The notes under the pieces were generated by a model, which searched no databases, was not told the DNA's origin, and was given only the letters and a program-made list of their open reading frames with translations. This document shows positions 40,228 to 54,040 of a stretch of DNA of 64,000 bases, one piece after another (the stretch's first letter is position 1; each line of letters begins with the position of its first letter). The translations under genes were made by a program, and so were the position numbers. Location: assembly GCA_051294905.1 (NCBI GenBank), contig CM119371.1, forward strand, positions 4,094,001-4,158,000, written 5' to 3'. The stretch is from Botryllus schlosseri (lineage: Eukaryota).

Positions 40228-42776
40228 TTGGGTTGCATTTAAAACAAACGGTGTTTTAAAACACTTTGTTTAAAACATGTCTTAGACAGTATTTTTCATA
40301 AAGGCCATTTTAAAACACAAACAAAATTGTATTACTTTTCAAGTTGTAAAATTATGCCACAATTGTGCAATTACTTTCCAAAAACATGCTGTATGATCCT
40401 GCGGACAATTACCTCCTGATATAGCTGACGTATATCGATGTGCGATGGTTGAAACCAGGGCTGTGGACTCGGTAAATTTTACCACCGACTCCGGCTCCGA
40501 CTCCGACTCCACACATTTTCAATATACCGACTCCGGCTCCGACTCCGACTCCTGAGTCTCTAAATGTACCGACTCCGACTCCGACTCCGACTCCTGGGTC
40601 TTTAAACGTACCGACTCCGACTCCGACTCCCGACTCCGACTCCAGCATTATTACCAATTTCCTTCGAAAATTATATGCCACATTGTCGGTTGAATGACTA
40701 TCATACAACCATTAAACATATGATTAACTGTGGCATGCTAAATTGTTTCATTGTGGCACAGCTCGAATTAACCACTATGCAATTAACATGAAATATAAAT
40801 TTGCTAAATATCCTTCCTTATTCAAGTTTTTATAACATGGACTCTCTAATATCCTGAAATGTATGAATCATTCAAATATGGCAGATATCCAATCCTGTAT
40901 AATAAAAATGTAGATAAAAAATCCAAGTGTAGCTCTTGTGTATGACTCAGCAACTAATAAAGAAATTGAACTTACTAATTTTGTCATTGCACACTATCCT
41001 GATTACAAGCACAAACACTCTTACTACTAATAATAGACATTGGTCATAAATGGAATTTAGTTAAGTAGTCTAAGACCATAGCCTATGTCTAGTCTATGTA
41101 CTTAATCAATTATTCAAGGATTGGGACTTGCAGTCTTTCTTAATCATTTGTTCGACCCAAACAGCTAAGCTACACTACAAATATTTTTAATTTTGTCAAT
41201 TGGGAACCATCGTTTGGTCATATTTACATATTTTTTACAATTTTACAAAACCAGCCGATGCATTTTCTCTGTCACAATATCATGGTATAATTCCAAAAAT
41301 TGCATCAATTTTGACTGCATCGCGAAAACGCATCTTGCGATTTTCTTCCCCTCTGCAACTGAGTTGTAATTTGCAAGTATTGTCTAATTTTATCTATATC
41401 AGGGGTAGGCAACTTATTCGGCGAAAGGGACACCTGAGATTTACGAACCATTGCGCGGGCAACTGGAATGTTGATAACCTTTTTTAGTCGTCGATAGGAG
41501 CGAACCGAATTAGGTAACATTGCAAACAAGACTTATATTATTACGCTCTAAAATTGATAACAATATGTCATGCAACTGTGCAGTGCGCAATCAGGTCCTG
41601 GTCGCGCGAAGCGCGAAATTTTTTTGCCTGATAACGACTGAATTAGGCTATAGCTATATTAATAAATATGTCGCGAACATACATTGGGGGTCGCATCTGT
41701 ATACCACTGGGCTCATTTGGCAAGGACAGGATTATTCGACGTTTAGACATAGCAAAATCGACTGTATCAGTGAGCTTGAACATGCCTCTATCATTTTGTG
41801 CAAATGTTTTGTCGACGATCTCGCTGCGAGTGCACAAGCGAAGCCGTATCTCCTAATTGCGAATATAGTTAGACTCAATTCTGTGAATAATATGTAGGCT
41901 ATTTATAATTTTCAGAAGGGGGCTCAAATACTGAATGCAAGAAATCTAGTGACAATGAATCATGCGAAGCACCGAGAAAAATTTCAAGTCAAATATATCT
42001 GCTATGAAATATTCTACTTCATGGTCATATATACGAAGATCTGGGATAAATGTGGCTGACCCTGGATACGTCAATGCGTCAGAACTGTTGTTTTGGTCAT
42101 CATCAAATTTCGTGGTCATGCTAATCAAATTTTGGTTGGCCTTGCAATTGTACCTGATGTCATAAATAATTTCGAGGATTACCTCTCAGGCCACAACTAA
42201 CCTTCTCGTGTGTCAAATTTGGCCTGCGTGCCACGGGCTGGCCGCACCTGATCTGTATGGTTAATATTAACAGTGATTGGTGGTACATAAAAATTCTATT
42301 GAAAATTCTTTGAAAGCAAATGTTTTCATGATAGAGAAGTCGGAGTCGGAGTCGAAGTCATAGTCATTCTCACAAACTCCGACTCCGACTCCAGTCAGTA
42401 TTTTCCCACCGACTCCGACTCCGACTCCGACTCCAGCTATTATGGTTTTCACGACTCCGACTCCGACTCCGACTCCATCAAGCGAAAATGACCCCGACTC
42501 CGACTCCACCGACTCCGACTCTGACTCCACAGCCCTGGTTGAAACCCTAAAATAGTCGGTTCAACATTAATAGTACAGATATTTCGTCAAAGGAGCTATA
42601 TTTACCCTATATTTTTCAATTGTTAATGTCATTCCACTATGACGTCAAAATTGAATGTTCGTGACGTCATGACTTTAAAACAACAACAGTAAAAAAACAT
42701 TAAAAACATGTTTTAATTAGGGTCTTATTTTAAACATGTTTGTTTTAAATTGATTTTTGTTTTGAATGCAACCCTA
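40228..42776. mobile_element. hAT MITE hosting composite element copy 2
   Basis: T(T/A)GGGTTGCATT ... AATGCAACCCTA; TSD TACGTACT, whose right copy is split by the element at 42783-45815. Confidence 0.75.
40456..42537. mobile_element. ~2-kb composite non-autonomous hAT element, copy 2
   Basis: Same TIRs as copy 1; perfect TSD GTTGAAAC. Confidence 0.92.
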
Positions 42777-42782
42777 TACGTA

Positions 42783-45700
42783 GGGGAGATGTGGTACCGA
42801 TGGATCACTGGGACCGAAAATACTTTGTAAAATCTCTATGATAATTCCATGGTTGCACTCCGTGAACTTGTCTACAATTGCATGCTGGCAACATCTTTCC
42901 TCACATACAAAAAAATTTGACGTGCGCGAGCAATGGGGTCTCTCACAGATGATTTTTGTTTTAGGGGGTGTAAACTAAATTTTGATCGACATATACATTT
43001 TTCTTTGTAACCTTCAACACGAAGAAACCAGCAATCATTTTTATTGTGAAGTGTAGGGCTTGTATCAGGCTATATAATGGCACCTATTATTTTTTTCAGT
43101 ACTTTCCTTGAGTGGACTTTTTTTCGATTTATGTATAAAATTCGTAGGGTGGGGACCGATGATACAATAGCCAAATCAAGCAAAATAATCAAGCATACTA
43201 ATCACGAAACAAATGAAACATGCCTACGTATAGAAAATCTTTATGTAATAATTGCATATGATGTTTTATCGCTATAACGAGGTATTTGAAAGCAGGGCTG
43301 TGGAGTCGGTAAATTTTACCACCGACTCAGGCTCCGACTCCGACTCCACACATTTTCAATATACCGACTCCGACTCCGACTCCAACTCCCGAGTCTTCGA
43401 ACGTACCGACTCCGACTCCGACTCCGACTCCTGGGTCTTTAAACGTACCGATTCCGACTCCCGACTCCGACTCCGACTCCAGCAATATTACCAATTTACT
43501 TCGAAAATGATATGCCACATTGTCGGTTGAATGACTATCATACAACCATTAAACATATTCAAACATATGAATAACGGTGGCATGCTAAATTGTTTCATTG
43601 TGGAACAGCTCGAATTATCCACTATGCAATTAACATGAAAGAAAGATTTGCTAAATATCCTTCCCTTTTCAAGTTTTTATAACGTGGACTCTCTAATATC
43701 CTGAAATGTATGAATCATTCAAATATGGCAGATATCCAATAATGTATGATAAAATGTAGATAAAAAATCCAAGTGTAGCTCTTGTGTATGAGGTAGCAAC
43801 TAATAAAAGATATTGAACTTACTAATTTTGTCATTGCACACTATCCTGATTACAAGCACACACACTCTAACTACTAATAGACATTGGTCATAAATGGAAT
43901 TTAGTTAAGTAGTCAAAGACCATAGCCTATGTCTAGTCTACACGTACTTAATCAAGTATTCAAGGATTGGGACTTGCAGTCTTTCTTAATCATTTGTTCG
44001 ACCCAAACAGCTAAGCTACACTACAAATATTTTTCATTTTGTCAAGCGGGAAGTATCGTTTGGTCATATTTACATCATTTTTACAATTTTACAAAACCAG
44101 CCGATGCGTTTGCTCTGTCACAGTATCATGGTATAATTCCAAGAATTGCATCAATTTCGACTGCATCGCGAAAACGCATTTTGCGATTTTCTTCCCCTGT
44201 GCAACTGAGTTGTAATTAATGTAGTAAGTAATGTCTAATTTTATCTATATCAGGGGTGGGCAACTTTGTCGGCCAAAGGGAAACATGAGATTTACGAACC
44301 ATTGCGCGGGCAACTGGAATGTTGATAACCTTGTTTTAGTCGTCCGATAGGAGCAAACCGAATTAGGTAACATTGCAAACAATAGTTACGCTCTAAAATT
44401 GATAATATGCCATGCAACTGTGCAGTGCGCAATCAGGCCCTTGTCGCGCGAAGCGCGAAATTTTTTTGCAATATAATGCCTGAATTATATCAATAAATAT
44501 GTTGCTAACATACATTGGGGGTCGCATTTGTATACCACTGGGCTCATTTGGCAAGGACAGGATTATTCGATGTTTAGAAATAGCAAAATCGACGGTATCA
44601 GTGAACATGCCTCTATCATTTTGTGCAAATGTTTTGTCGACGATCTCGCTGCGAGTGCACAAGCAAAGCCGTATCTCCTTTTTGCGAATATAGTTAGACT
44701 CAATTCTGTGAATAATATGTATTTATAATTTTCAGAAGGGGGCTCAAATAGGCCTACTGAATGCAAGAAATCTAGTGACAGTGAATCACGCGAAGTACAG
44801 AGAAAAATTTCAAGTCAAATAAATCAGCTATGAAACATTCTACTTTATTGTCATATACGAAGATCTGGGATAAATGTGGCTGGCCCCTGGATACGTCAAT
44901 GCGTCAGAACTGTTGTTTTAGTCATCATCAAATTTCGCGGTCATGCTAATCAAATTTTGGTTGGCCTTGCAATTGTACCTGATGTCATAAATAATTTCGA
45001 GAATTACGTCACAGGCCACACCTAACCTTCTCGTGTGCCAAATTTGGCCTGCGTGCCATGGGCTTGCCGCACGTGATCTGTATGGTTATTAATAACAGTG
45101 ATTGGTGGTACATAAAAATTATATTGAAAATTCTTTGAAAGCAAATGTTTTCATGATAGAGAAGTTGGAGTCGGAGTCGGAGTCGAAGTCAGGGTCATTC
45201 TCACAAACTCCGACTCCGACTCCAGTCAGTATTTTCCCACCGACTCCGACTCCGACTCCAGCTATTATAGTTTTCACGACTCCGACTCCGACTCCATCAA
45301 GCGAAAATTACCCAGACTCCGACTCCGACTCCACCGACTCCAACTCCGACTCCACAGCCCTGTTTGAAAGTCACACTGTCGATTTTCAGGCAATATGTAT
45401 GTACCCGCAAATTTATAAGTCCGTGGCTAAATCGAAACGTGATTTTATGACAAACATTTGAGTTAATATTTATTCTATTTTTTGACAGTTGCGACCAAAC
45501 ATTCTTCTTTGGCTTGCTGTAGCTTAGATTATAATACTGAGCACGAAAAGTAGTCACATTTGAGTTTTTTAGGGTATGTGTGTCATAGGTCCCCGGGTCG
45601 TGTGTCATTGGGGTGGGGACCGATGACACGTTCGAGCAAAAAAATTTGAACGTCCATAAATATTTTTTGAGAAGACGGATATTCATGTATATGTGCGCGA

Positions 45701-45815
45701 TAGGTAGAGCTTGTATCAAAGTGCTGAGCCAGCAAAAGATCTGCTGTTTTCGTCTGAACATTTCAGGGTCAGCGATCATTTTCCGATTTTTGATCCATCG
45801 GTACCACATCTCCCC
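42783..45815. mobile_element. TA-targeting MITE hosting composite element copy 3
   Basis: Perfect TIR GGGGAGATGTGGTACCGATGGATCA, flanked by TA on both sides. Confidence 0.85.
43293..45362. mobile_element. ~2-kb composite non-autonomous hAT element, copy 3
   Basis: Same TIRs as copy 1; perfect TSD TTTGAAAG. Confidence 0.92.
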
Positions 45816-45897
45816 TACTACATAGGCCTAATGTTCGCCAAGCAGCAACGGTCAAACTGCGTTTACCAAAGCATAGCCAAACATCAATGCATAAGTT

Positions 45898-46177
45898 GTG
45901 GCGAGATAACGTAGTGGTATAATCCACGGCTGCAACACCAATGGATTGCGGGTTCGAGTCCGACCGAGATCGACTCCTGAATTCCTACCTAAAGTGCAGG
46001 AGGTTTATCTAGGCTCCTCCTCGCCACCTCATCCATGTAAGCGGTGTCTTATAAAAAGCCTAGAGGTGGGCCGTGCTGCAGGTCGGCGGCTACGTAATAA
46101 AAATGATAAATATCGGCCTGGTGTAAATGACCATAGTAGTCGACAAATACCATGAACAACACAAACAACAACAACAA
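45898..46177 (+). mobile_element. tRNA-derived SINE
   Basis: A-box-like TAACGTAGTGG (45907), B box GGTTCGAGTCC (45951), (CAA)n tail, TSD-like TGCATAAGTT/TGCATGAGTT; partial relative at ~9640-9750. Confidence 0.75.
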
Positions 46178-46248
46178 TGCATGAGTTACTATTTGAAACT
46201 AGGCGGAGTGGTGATTGTTATCCTGCTGCGAGTTAGTGGCGTCTAGAG

Positions 46249-47102
46249 CAGTGGTTCCCAACCTTTTTATCCTAATTCCCCACTTCCGATTTATTCCGAG
46301 CCTTCATTCCGCACCTAAAATCTCTGTATCCATATCTACCCTTTGAAGTGCTACCTTCAATAAAATTTTGCAAGACTTTTGTTTGTGGTGCTAGTGGTGC
46401 TTATTGGCGATTGTAAAGATCACCGGAATCGATCAGCACACAATAAAATTAACGCAGCGATTAACTGGTAAACGTCAACGCACCTCCGTAAATATATGTA
46501 TCTACCCCGGCGCGCAGCCAGCAGAAAAATAGGAGGGGTTTAAAAATTTTCCAAATGTTGCGGGGTAGCATCAATTTACATACGTAAATGCCGAATAATA
46601 CATGGGTCAGATAAACTTCCTGATGTTGACGAACTCATGTGTGCGATATATATATAAGCCACCGTAAACTACACCTTCGCACAATACTAAAAGAACTTGA
46701 AGTAAATAAATATGTAATTTAATTTGTAAGGAATCCATGTGTGCTATCAATTAGCGACTCCACGATCTCCCTTGAAGACACGTAATGCAATATGAGCTCT
46801 TATTACAACGAATCAGAATTTTTCTATCATTACGTTTCATGACCAGTGATGGTGTACAAATGAATAAAAACATTTCTGGAGATCGCGTGTCGCTATCCAG
46901 GTGATTCTCGCTAATTGGAGGCACTGATAATATGATTCGCTGAATTGCAAATGAGCTATGAAATATTCGGTGGGCATTTCAAAACGACATTTAATAAAGG
47001 AGAATATTACTGTAAAGATTTTTTCAAAAGTCAGTCTATTCCCCACCAGAAATCCCGAAATTCCCCACCAGTGGGGAATTCCCCACCGTTTGGGAACCAC
47101 TG
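46249..47102. mobile_element. hAT MITE (possibly chimeric)
   Basis: CAGTGGTTCCCAA ... TTGGGAACCACTG, preceded by GTCTAGAG and followed by CA+GTCTAGAG. Confidence 0.65.
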
Positions 47103-47112
47103 CAGTCTAGAG

Positions 47113-48610
47113 CAGTGGTTCTCAACCTTTTTGGCTTCGCGGACCCCTTTTGACCGTCACGGCCCCTCGCGGACCCCCTCAAGTTTTAGTTCAATTTTAG
47201 CTCTGTTATGGAGCAACCTTCATCTGTCTTGTGCAAATATGAACAGTAGGCTTGTGATAAACAGCAAAATAATGATTTTTATTGAAAATAACATCATACT
47301 GTTTATGTAGAAATTGGTAGAATTTTATTATTTCAAAGCTAATTTTGCTGCTGTATTTCTTGAAGTACGTGGTCGTGTCTTGAAAATCCGCGTCTTCGTT
47401 TTGATATGAACGAGGAGTGCCGAAAACCATTTCCGCAAAGATAGATGGAGGCTAATGCAATATTAATGCATAACGCTTCCGACGATACTTTTGGCGTGAT
47501 CGCAACATTTATGGCAACAGTATGAAGAAATATATATTTTATGAACATATCACGTCCTGCATCTAGCGCAGGGACGGGCAACATACGGACCGCGGGCCGG
47601 ATCCGGACCACGACAGCATTTTGATTGGCCCACAGAGAGTTTCTACCGTCAAAGTGAAATCCTAATCTAAAAGTATAGACAAATTTTATGCGCCAAAGAA
47701 TGGATACAAGTTTTCCTACCTGAGAAAGACTGTCATGAACGACTTGTTCTGTTCGAGTTTACATATATATTTACGAGGAAACATTTTCGACCATGAACAA
47801 TTGAACATTAACAAGACAAGGCTGCATACCAATACAACTGGTGATGTGAATTTCAGGGTTTGGGGCGTAATGCTTTGATAGCAACGAAACACTCCTTGTT
47901 CATCAAAAAAGTCAGCCTTGTCGATAGGGCACCCGCAATAAGAATGCGCCAAATCTGATAGCCGAGCTTTGAGGGCAGGTATATCATTGTCCGATTTATG
48001 ACGAGTGTCAGCCGAAAATATTCGGGTTCATTTCAATATGAATATACTATGATTCAATTGTATATTGAAGTTCTGTACCTCCAAGAAGCTGCTCAAATAG
48101 TGGGTATGTATATCACAGAATGAAGTGGATTTCGTGGCGAGGTTTCAATCCCTGCATAGGGACAAATTAGGGAAATACTTCGGAAACTTTTATTTCAAAC
48201 GACTGTTCACTAATTCGATGAGCCTGACAATTTTAAATCGAGAAGGTTTCGCAGACATTACGAAGTCACCCTGATTGACGTTGCTATCTCCATATTTTTA
48301 TTTTTTCCACAAACATCAACAAAACGTCTCTAAACAGCAATATCTTTGTATCAGTCGGTTATTGGAAAATTGGCAATGAAAATGAATTTCCACACTACGA
48401 TAGTTCATGTCAGACGATTATTATGATGATATGAGTCATGAGGTTTTAGCAGTTGTGCTGCGAAACTGCCTCATGCTTTCTCAAATTAAAAATAAAAATA
48501 AGACAAAAATTACGTTATCAACCATTTAAAAATTTTAGAGGTCTCGCGGACCCCCTGAAATTGCTTCGCGGACCCCTAGGGGTCCGCGGACCCCCGGTTG
48601 AGAACCGCTG
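47113..48610. mobile_element. hAT MITE with nested fragments
   Basis: CAGTGGTTCTCAACC ... GGTTGAGAACCGCTG; perfect TSD GTCTAGAG. Confidence 0.85.
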
Positions 48611-48844
48611 GTCTAGAGCGTATTGATAACCTGATATACAGCAGGGCGGCTGTTCTTACAATCGCACTGCAATGTAGGCTGCATCGAATATCTATTTACT
48701 ATGTGTGGATACTTCTTAAGCAATGACGGGCAAAGCTAATACTTTTGACGTAATAATGAGCCGTGACGCTTGAAAATCATACGTTTGTGCTATCACTAAC
48801 CTGGTATAATACCTATTCCTTGTTCACGAATGTTCAGTTTATGT

Positions 48845-49706
48845 CAGTGGTCCCCAACCTTTTTCCACCCTCGTACCATTTCGACGTTTTATGCAGTGCT
48901 CGCGTACCACTTACATAAGTTACGTGCGCCGCGAAAACGTTCAAAAATATCCCCACCGTGTTGAGCTGCCGAGGGCAGCCAAACAGAGAATAAACTGCAC
49001 ATTTTCGGGCGCATTATATGAATTCTGTAGTGGATACATTCGAATTTTTTGTGGTCAAATTATACATACGGTAACTAACTTGCGGATAGATGCGCATCTT
49101 GTGATTCACGATTGAGTGATGCGATGCGCTGCTGATTCGTGGTTGATTCATACCATGCAAGCGGCTGGTTTGTCGGCCAGATTGACTGTTGAAAATGCAG
49201 TTGTGGTACGGCTTTCAGAGGATATCAGTAGGATAATTGATGAGCGAAAGAATTCATGATATTCATTCAATTATTGTTATCAATTAGTTTCAATATTGAC
49301 TTCAGCTAAGGATCCAGTCAATGGCCCGCGCCAATAGCTAGACGTACTGTACCACTAAATAACCTGTTCTCAATGCCCTGCGTGATGTCCGAACAAAACA
49401 TAACTGCATTTTTAACAGTCAATCTGGCCGACAACCAGCCGCCTGCATGCTATTAAATTAATCACGTGTTGCGCAGCTATTCGTAGATTAGTTACCTATA
49501 GTCAAATATACTAAAACGGTTAGGTTAGGTAAGAAACCCAATGCTGCATGACTAGATCTCTTCCCCGTAAGCCGTTATTGGTGTGATTTCCCCTACCCAC
49601 AACGACAATCTTGCCACCAGGACGACGGCTTCAAAAAACTCAAAATCAAACCTACTTGAACTAATAACTCCCTTCGGTCGAAAAAACCACAGGTTGGGAA
49701 CCACTG
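48845..49706. mobile_element. hAT MITE
   Basis: CAGTGGTCCCCAACC ... GGTTGGGAACCACTG; perfect TSD GTTTATGT. Confidence 0.85.
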
Positions 49707-50692
49707 GTTTATGTCGTATAGTCCTTGTACCAATAAAAAGTAATATTCTTTCATGAATAAATCGATTAGATATGGGAAGTAGTCGATTACGATTACGTCG
49801 CATTTTTTTCGAATGTAATCGATCGCGATTACGATTACTTGAAAATGCTGTAATCGTTGTAATCGATTACGATTACTAATCGCGATTACCCCATGTCTGA
49901 AAACTTCAACTAACAAACTTCAAAAATCCGCAATTAACTAACCACCAACTAGATTCAGTGCTGGAGCAACTAACTAATTTTTACTATATCACAATCAAAA
50001 TGACTTTCAAAAGAATAGGAGTGGGAGGAGTTTTGAACCCTCAACCAACCCCTGGATACGCCACTGTTAAAAGTGGTGTCTCGTAACTGGCTGCAAAACA
50101 TCGTACAACAGAACACCAGTATCACGATTCATGCAAATTGACTACAGTTTTTCCATAGTTGTTCTGACACCCATAGGCGCCGACCTAAATTTTTACATGG
50201 GGTGGCCAGATGAAAAAGGGGAGGGGTTTGAAATTGTTCGAAACCTAACAAATTAGCATCAATTTATTACGGTTAAGTACATGCGTAAATGCCCATAATA
50301 GATGGATAGGACAAGATTCATCGTGTTAATGAATTCAGCGTATAAGTACGCGTAAGCTTGCCAGCGAGTCCGGCGGTTCAGTAGCGATTCCTCGATCTCG
50401 CTTCAATATCAGGTATTCACTTACCACCAAGACGCGCGCGAACAATTGAATACGCAACCTCGGTGACGGTGAAGACGAGCTATTTCGCAAATAAATATGA
50501 TTGAAGTCGGCTATGTAATCTGTTCTGTAATGATGCCAATTTCAGGTGAATCAGACATGTCGCAACTTTTGATAACACGGCCTTAACACACAGCTTCTGA
50601 TGTTTTGGTATCTATAGCACGGCCCACTTCTAGGCTTCTTGTAAGACACCTCTTACGCGGTGCAAGGCCGGGTGAAGCGTGTTTAATTAGGC

Positions 50693-51441
50693 TAGGGTTA
50701 CCATATTTCAGCAATCCAAATTCCGGACACTCTTTAGCGCCCACTAGTGGATTTCAAAATGAGTTATGACGTCACACCAGCAAAGCTTTGCTCATAGACC
50801 AGAGGTGATCACGGTCCGGTTCAGGAGTTTGTGGCTGTGTGTTGTGTAACTGGGACCGAAAGCACATGTTTTCAGCCCCCTCCCGCCCAAATAAACAATG
50901 ATTTTGAGCCCACACTATAGGGTAATCGATGCAACTTCTGAAGGAGGGGTGCTTGCTATATGCATCTGGCCGTTAAATTATTTGGAAGCTGACTACGTTT
51001 AACATATTCGCAAACCCCAGAATAAAGGCAAATGACCCCCCCCCCCACGTTTGGAACCACTATCTTTGAATAAAGCATTTAAATGGCCTTAACGACCACT
51101 AGGAATATACCGTTCTCCTATAATTGCGATTTCAATTTGGCTTATTCCAGTAAATGAAGGTCGTTTTTATTTATATTTTATGGCAGTTTTTGCGAGGGTG
51201 GTAGTCTCCATATTAAAATTAATAAATGTGATAGTAAATCGCGCGCAGCGCGAAGAAAAATATCATACATCGGCATAAATATTCCAAAACAATATTGTTT
51301 TTATGCTGATTTACGAAAAAAATTATGAGCCTACGTCGAAATTCCGGACATTTAGCATATTTTAGAAATTCCTCCCGGACGCTAGTTTGAACAGTGAAAT
51401 TCCGGACATGTCCGGGAAATTCCGGACGTATGGCAACCCTA
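50693..51441. mobile_element. hAT MITE with TCCGGAC subterminal repeats
   Basis: TAGGGTTACCATA ... TATGGCAACCCTA; perfect TSD AATTAGGC; inverted partial copy at ~38968-39500. Confidence 0.85.
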
Positions 51442-52618
51442 AATTAGGCTTACCATACGTCCTCTTTTAAGAAGATTTGTCCTCTTTTTTGACTTTTTTG
51501 AAAGTGTCCTCGGAGGACGCCCTTTTGTCCTCTTTTTTGAGATTTTTTCCTCTTTTTGGAAAATTTAGGCAGATTTAGAGCAAATTGCGAGTGATATGCC
51601 GTATATTAGCACAGAAGTGAAGCTTCGGCGGGTATTTCGGAGTGAAAAACGGTGATTTTAGGTCTGAGCGAAAAGATTACCTTTTTTTTTTTTTAAGTCA
51701 TCCACCTGGCAATGTGGAGTAAAAAACGTTATTTGTGCACCGAACGCTCTCTCATTCAAAGTTTCATGCTGGTGACGTCATATTTTGTTACACGATTGTT
51801 GATATATAATGTTCTTTCTTATTCTCTACTAGTTGCTGACGATTACTCGTGACGATTGTCAGCCGAAAATATTCGGGTTTCATTTTAATATGAATATACT
51901 ATTCAATTGTATACTGAAGTTGTGTACCTCCAAGAAGCTCTTCAAACTGTAAGTTTAAAACATGGAGATCAAAAGCAGTATTGAATGAATATAATATTAT
52001 GAATATAATATATTAAGCTAATGCTCTTGAATAGCTGTTGAAATCAATCAGACATCTGTGGTCGACCAAAGTTCTTTGGCCTCTGGCTGCATGTCGGCTG
52101 TAAAAAGTTGTAACCCTTGGTAAAGACTAGGCTTACACGTGAACATCAGTTACACTAAAACGCAGCCTTGTCTTGTTAATCTGCGTGGTCGCAAATGTCT
52201 ACTCGCAAATGTATGTAGCCCCGAACAGAATATAGTTTCATGATCATCTTTCTCAGGTTGTCAAAATTGGTCAACACTTTCAGATCAGACCGGGCCACAC
52301 AAGAGAAATATACAAAAAATTAAAATCGCAGAAGGCGGGTGTTTAAGCATTTTGTATGGGGTGGCCACCACCCCATAAATGTGTCATGGGGGGACTGCGC
52401 CGCGCCGTAACTTGGCGCCCATGCTGCAACCTATCAATTTGTTAATGTGCATCTAGAACCAAAACTAAAGACTCAATGTGGATATACCAGTATTGCAAAT
52501 GCACTGTTTACGTTCTAATGATGCAAATTGTTTAGATTTGTTACACACTATAATACATAGCAGGTGGTGGAATAAATTGAAGATTCTGTAAACCTGTAGT
52601 GATCACTTCCACATAAAG

Positions 52619-53977
52619 ATGAAAGATCGTCTGTGCGATATAGCCAAGAAACCACTTTCTCAAAAAGTTAACCGCAAGCCTAATATTTGTGCGCATGCTG
52701 GCATCATTAATCGTGACTGTGATATATGTGGTAAATCATTCACTTGGAAGAGTCAGCTCAAGTCTCATATGGATATACATATTGGCGCTAAAAAGCACCA
52801 ATGTGATATATGTGGAAAAGCATTCTCTGCCAAGGGAATCCTTGGATGTCATATGAATACGCATGCTGGCGTCAGAAATCATAAATGTGATATATGTGGG
52901 AAATCATTCATTCGGAAGGGCCACCTCTCAGTTCACATGGATATGCATGCCGGTACCAAAAATCACAAATGTGATGTTTGTGGGAAAGCATTCACTTGGA
53001 AGAGTCAGCTCAAGTCTCATATGGATGTACATATTGGCGCTAAAAAGCACCAATGTGATATATGTGGAAAAGCATTCTCTTCAAAAGGAATCCTTGAACG
53101 TCATATGGATGTGCATGCTGGCGTCAAAAATCATAAATGTGATATATGTGGTAAATCATTCATTCGGAAGGGCCACCTCTCGGTTCACATGGATATGCAT
53201 GCCGGTAACAAAAATCACAAATGTGATGTTTGTGGGAGATCATTCACTAGGAAGGAAGAACTCACGCACCATATAAAATTACATGTCGGTAACAAAAATC
53301 ATAAATGTGATATATGTGAAAATTCATTTGTGCACAAGAGTAGCCTCAACAAACATATGGATATCCATGCGGGGGTGAAAAATCACAAATGCGATATATG
53401 TGGAAAAGCATTCACTCAGAATCGCCAGCTCTCACTCCATATGGATATGCATGTTGGTATGAAAAATCATAAATGTGATGTTTGTGGGAGAGCATTCACT
53501 CAGAAGGGAGATCTCACGCACCATATGAAAGTGCATGCTGGTATAAAAAATCATAAGTGTGATATATGTGGGAATTCATTTGTGCGCAAGTATAGCCTAA
53601 ACAAACATATGGATATCCATGCTGGCGTAAAAAATCACAAATGTGATATATGTGGAGAAGCATTCACTCAGAAAGACAACCTCAAGCGTCATACGAAAAT
53701 ACATGCCGGTAACAAAAATCATAAATGTGATATATGTGGGAATTCATTTGTGCGCAAGGGTACCCTCAACAATCATATGGATATCCATGCGGGTGTGAAA
53801 AATCACGAATGTGATATATGTGGGAAAGCATTCACTCAGAAGGAAACCCTCAAGTGTCATATGGATATGCATGCTGGAATCAAGAGGCATAAATGTGATA
53901 TATGTGGGAAAACATTTAGTCAGAAGGGCCACCTCATGCGTCATATGGATATGCATGCTTGTAACAAAAAGCAATAA
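52619..53977 (+). CDS. C2H2 zinc-finger protein exon, 15 tandem fingers
   Basis: 28-aa repeats CDICGKxF..L..HM..H with AGxKNH linkers; upstream exons not identified. Confidence 0.9.
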   Translation: MKDRLCDIAKKPLSQKVNRKPNICAHAGIINRDCDICGKSFTWKSQLKSHMDIHIGAKKHQCDICGKAFSAKGILGCHMNTHAGVRNHKCDICGKSFIRKGHLSVHMDMHAGTKNHKCDVCGKAFTWKSQLKSHMDVHIGAKKHQCDICGKAFSSKGILERHMDVHAGVKNHKCDICGKSFIRKGHLSVHMDMHAGNKNHKCDVCGRSFTRKEELTHHIKLHVGNKNHKCDICENSFVHKSSLNKHMDIHAGVKNHKCDICGKAFTQNRQLSLHMDMHVGMKNHKCDVCGRAFTQKGDLTHHMKVHAGIKNHKCDICGNSFVRKYSLNKHMDIHAGVKNHKCDICGEAFTQKDNLKRHTKIHAGNKNHKCDICGNSFVRKGTLNNHMDIHAGVKNHECDICGKAFTQKETLKCHMDMHAGIKRHKCDICGKTFSQKGHLMRHMDMHACNKKQ

Positions 53978-54040
53978 TGTTATGTATGTGGGAAAGCATT
54001 TACCGGGACGGCTAACCTCAAGCGTCATATGAATATCCAA

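Noticed and set aside
45900..45972. tRNA gene
   Set aside because: A and B boxes are present but I could not form a cloverleaf; the body continues to a (CAA)n tail with a TSD, so it is called a SINE.
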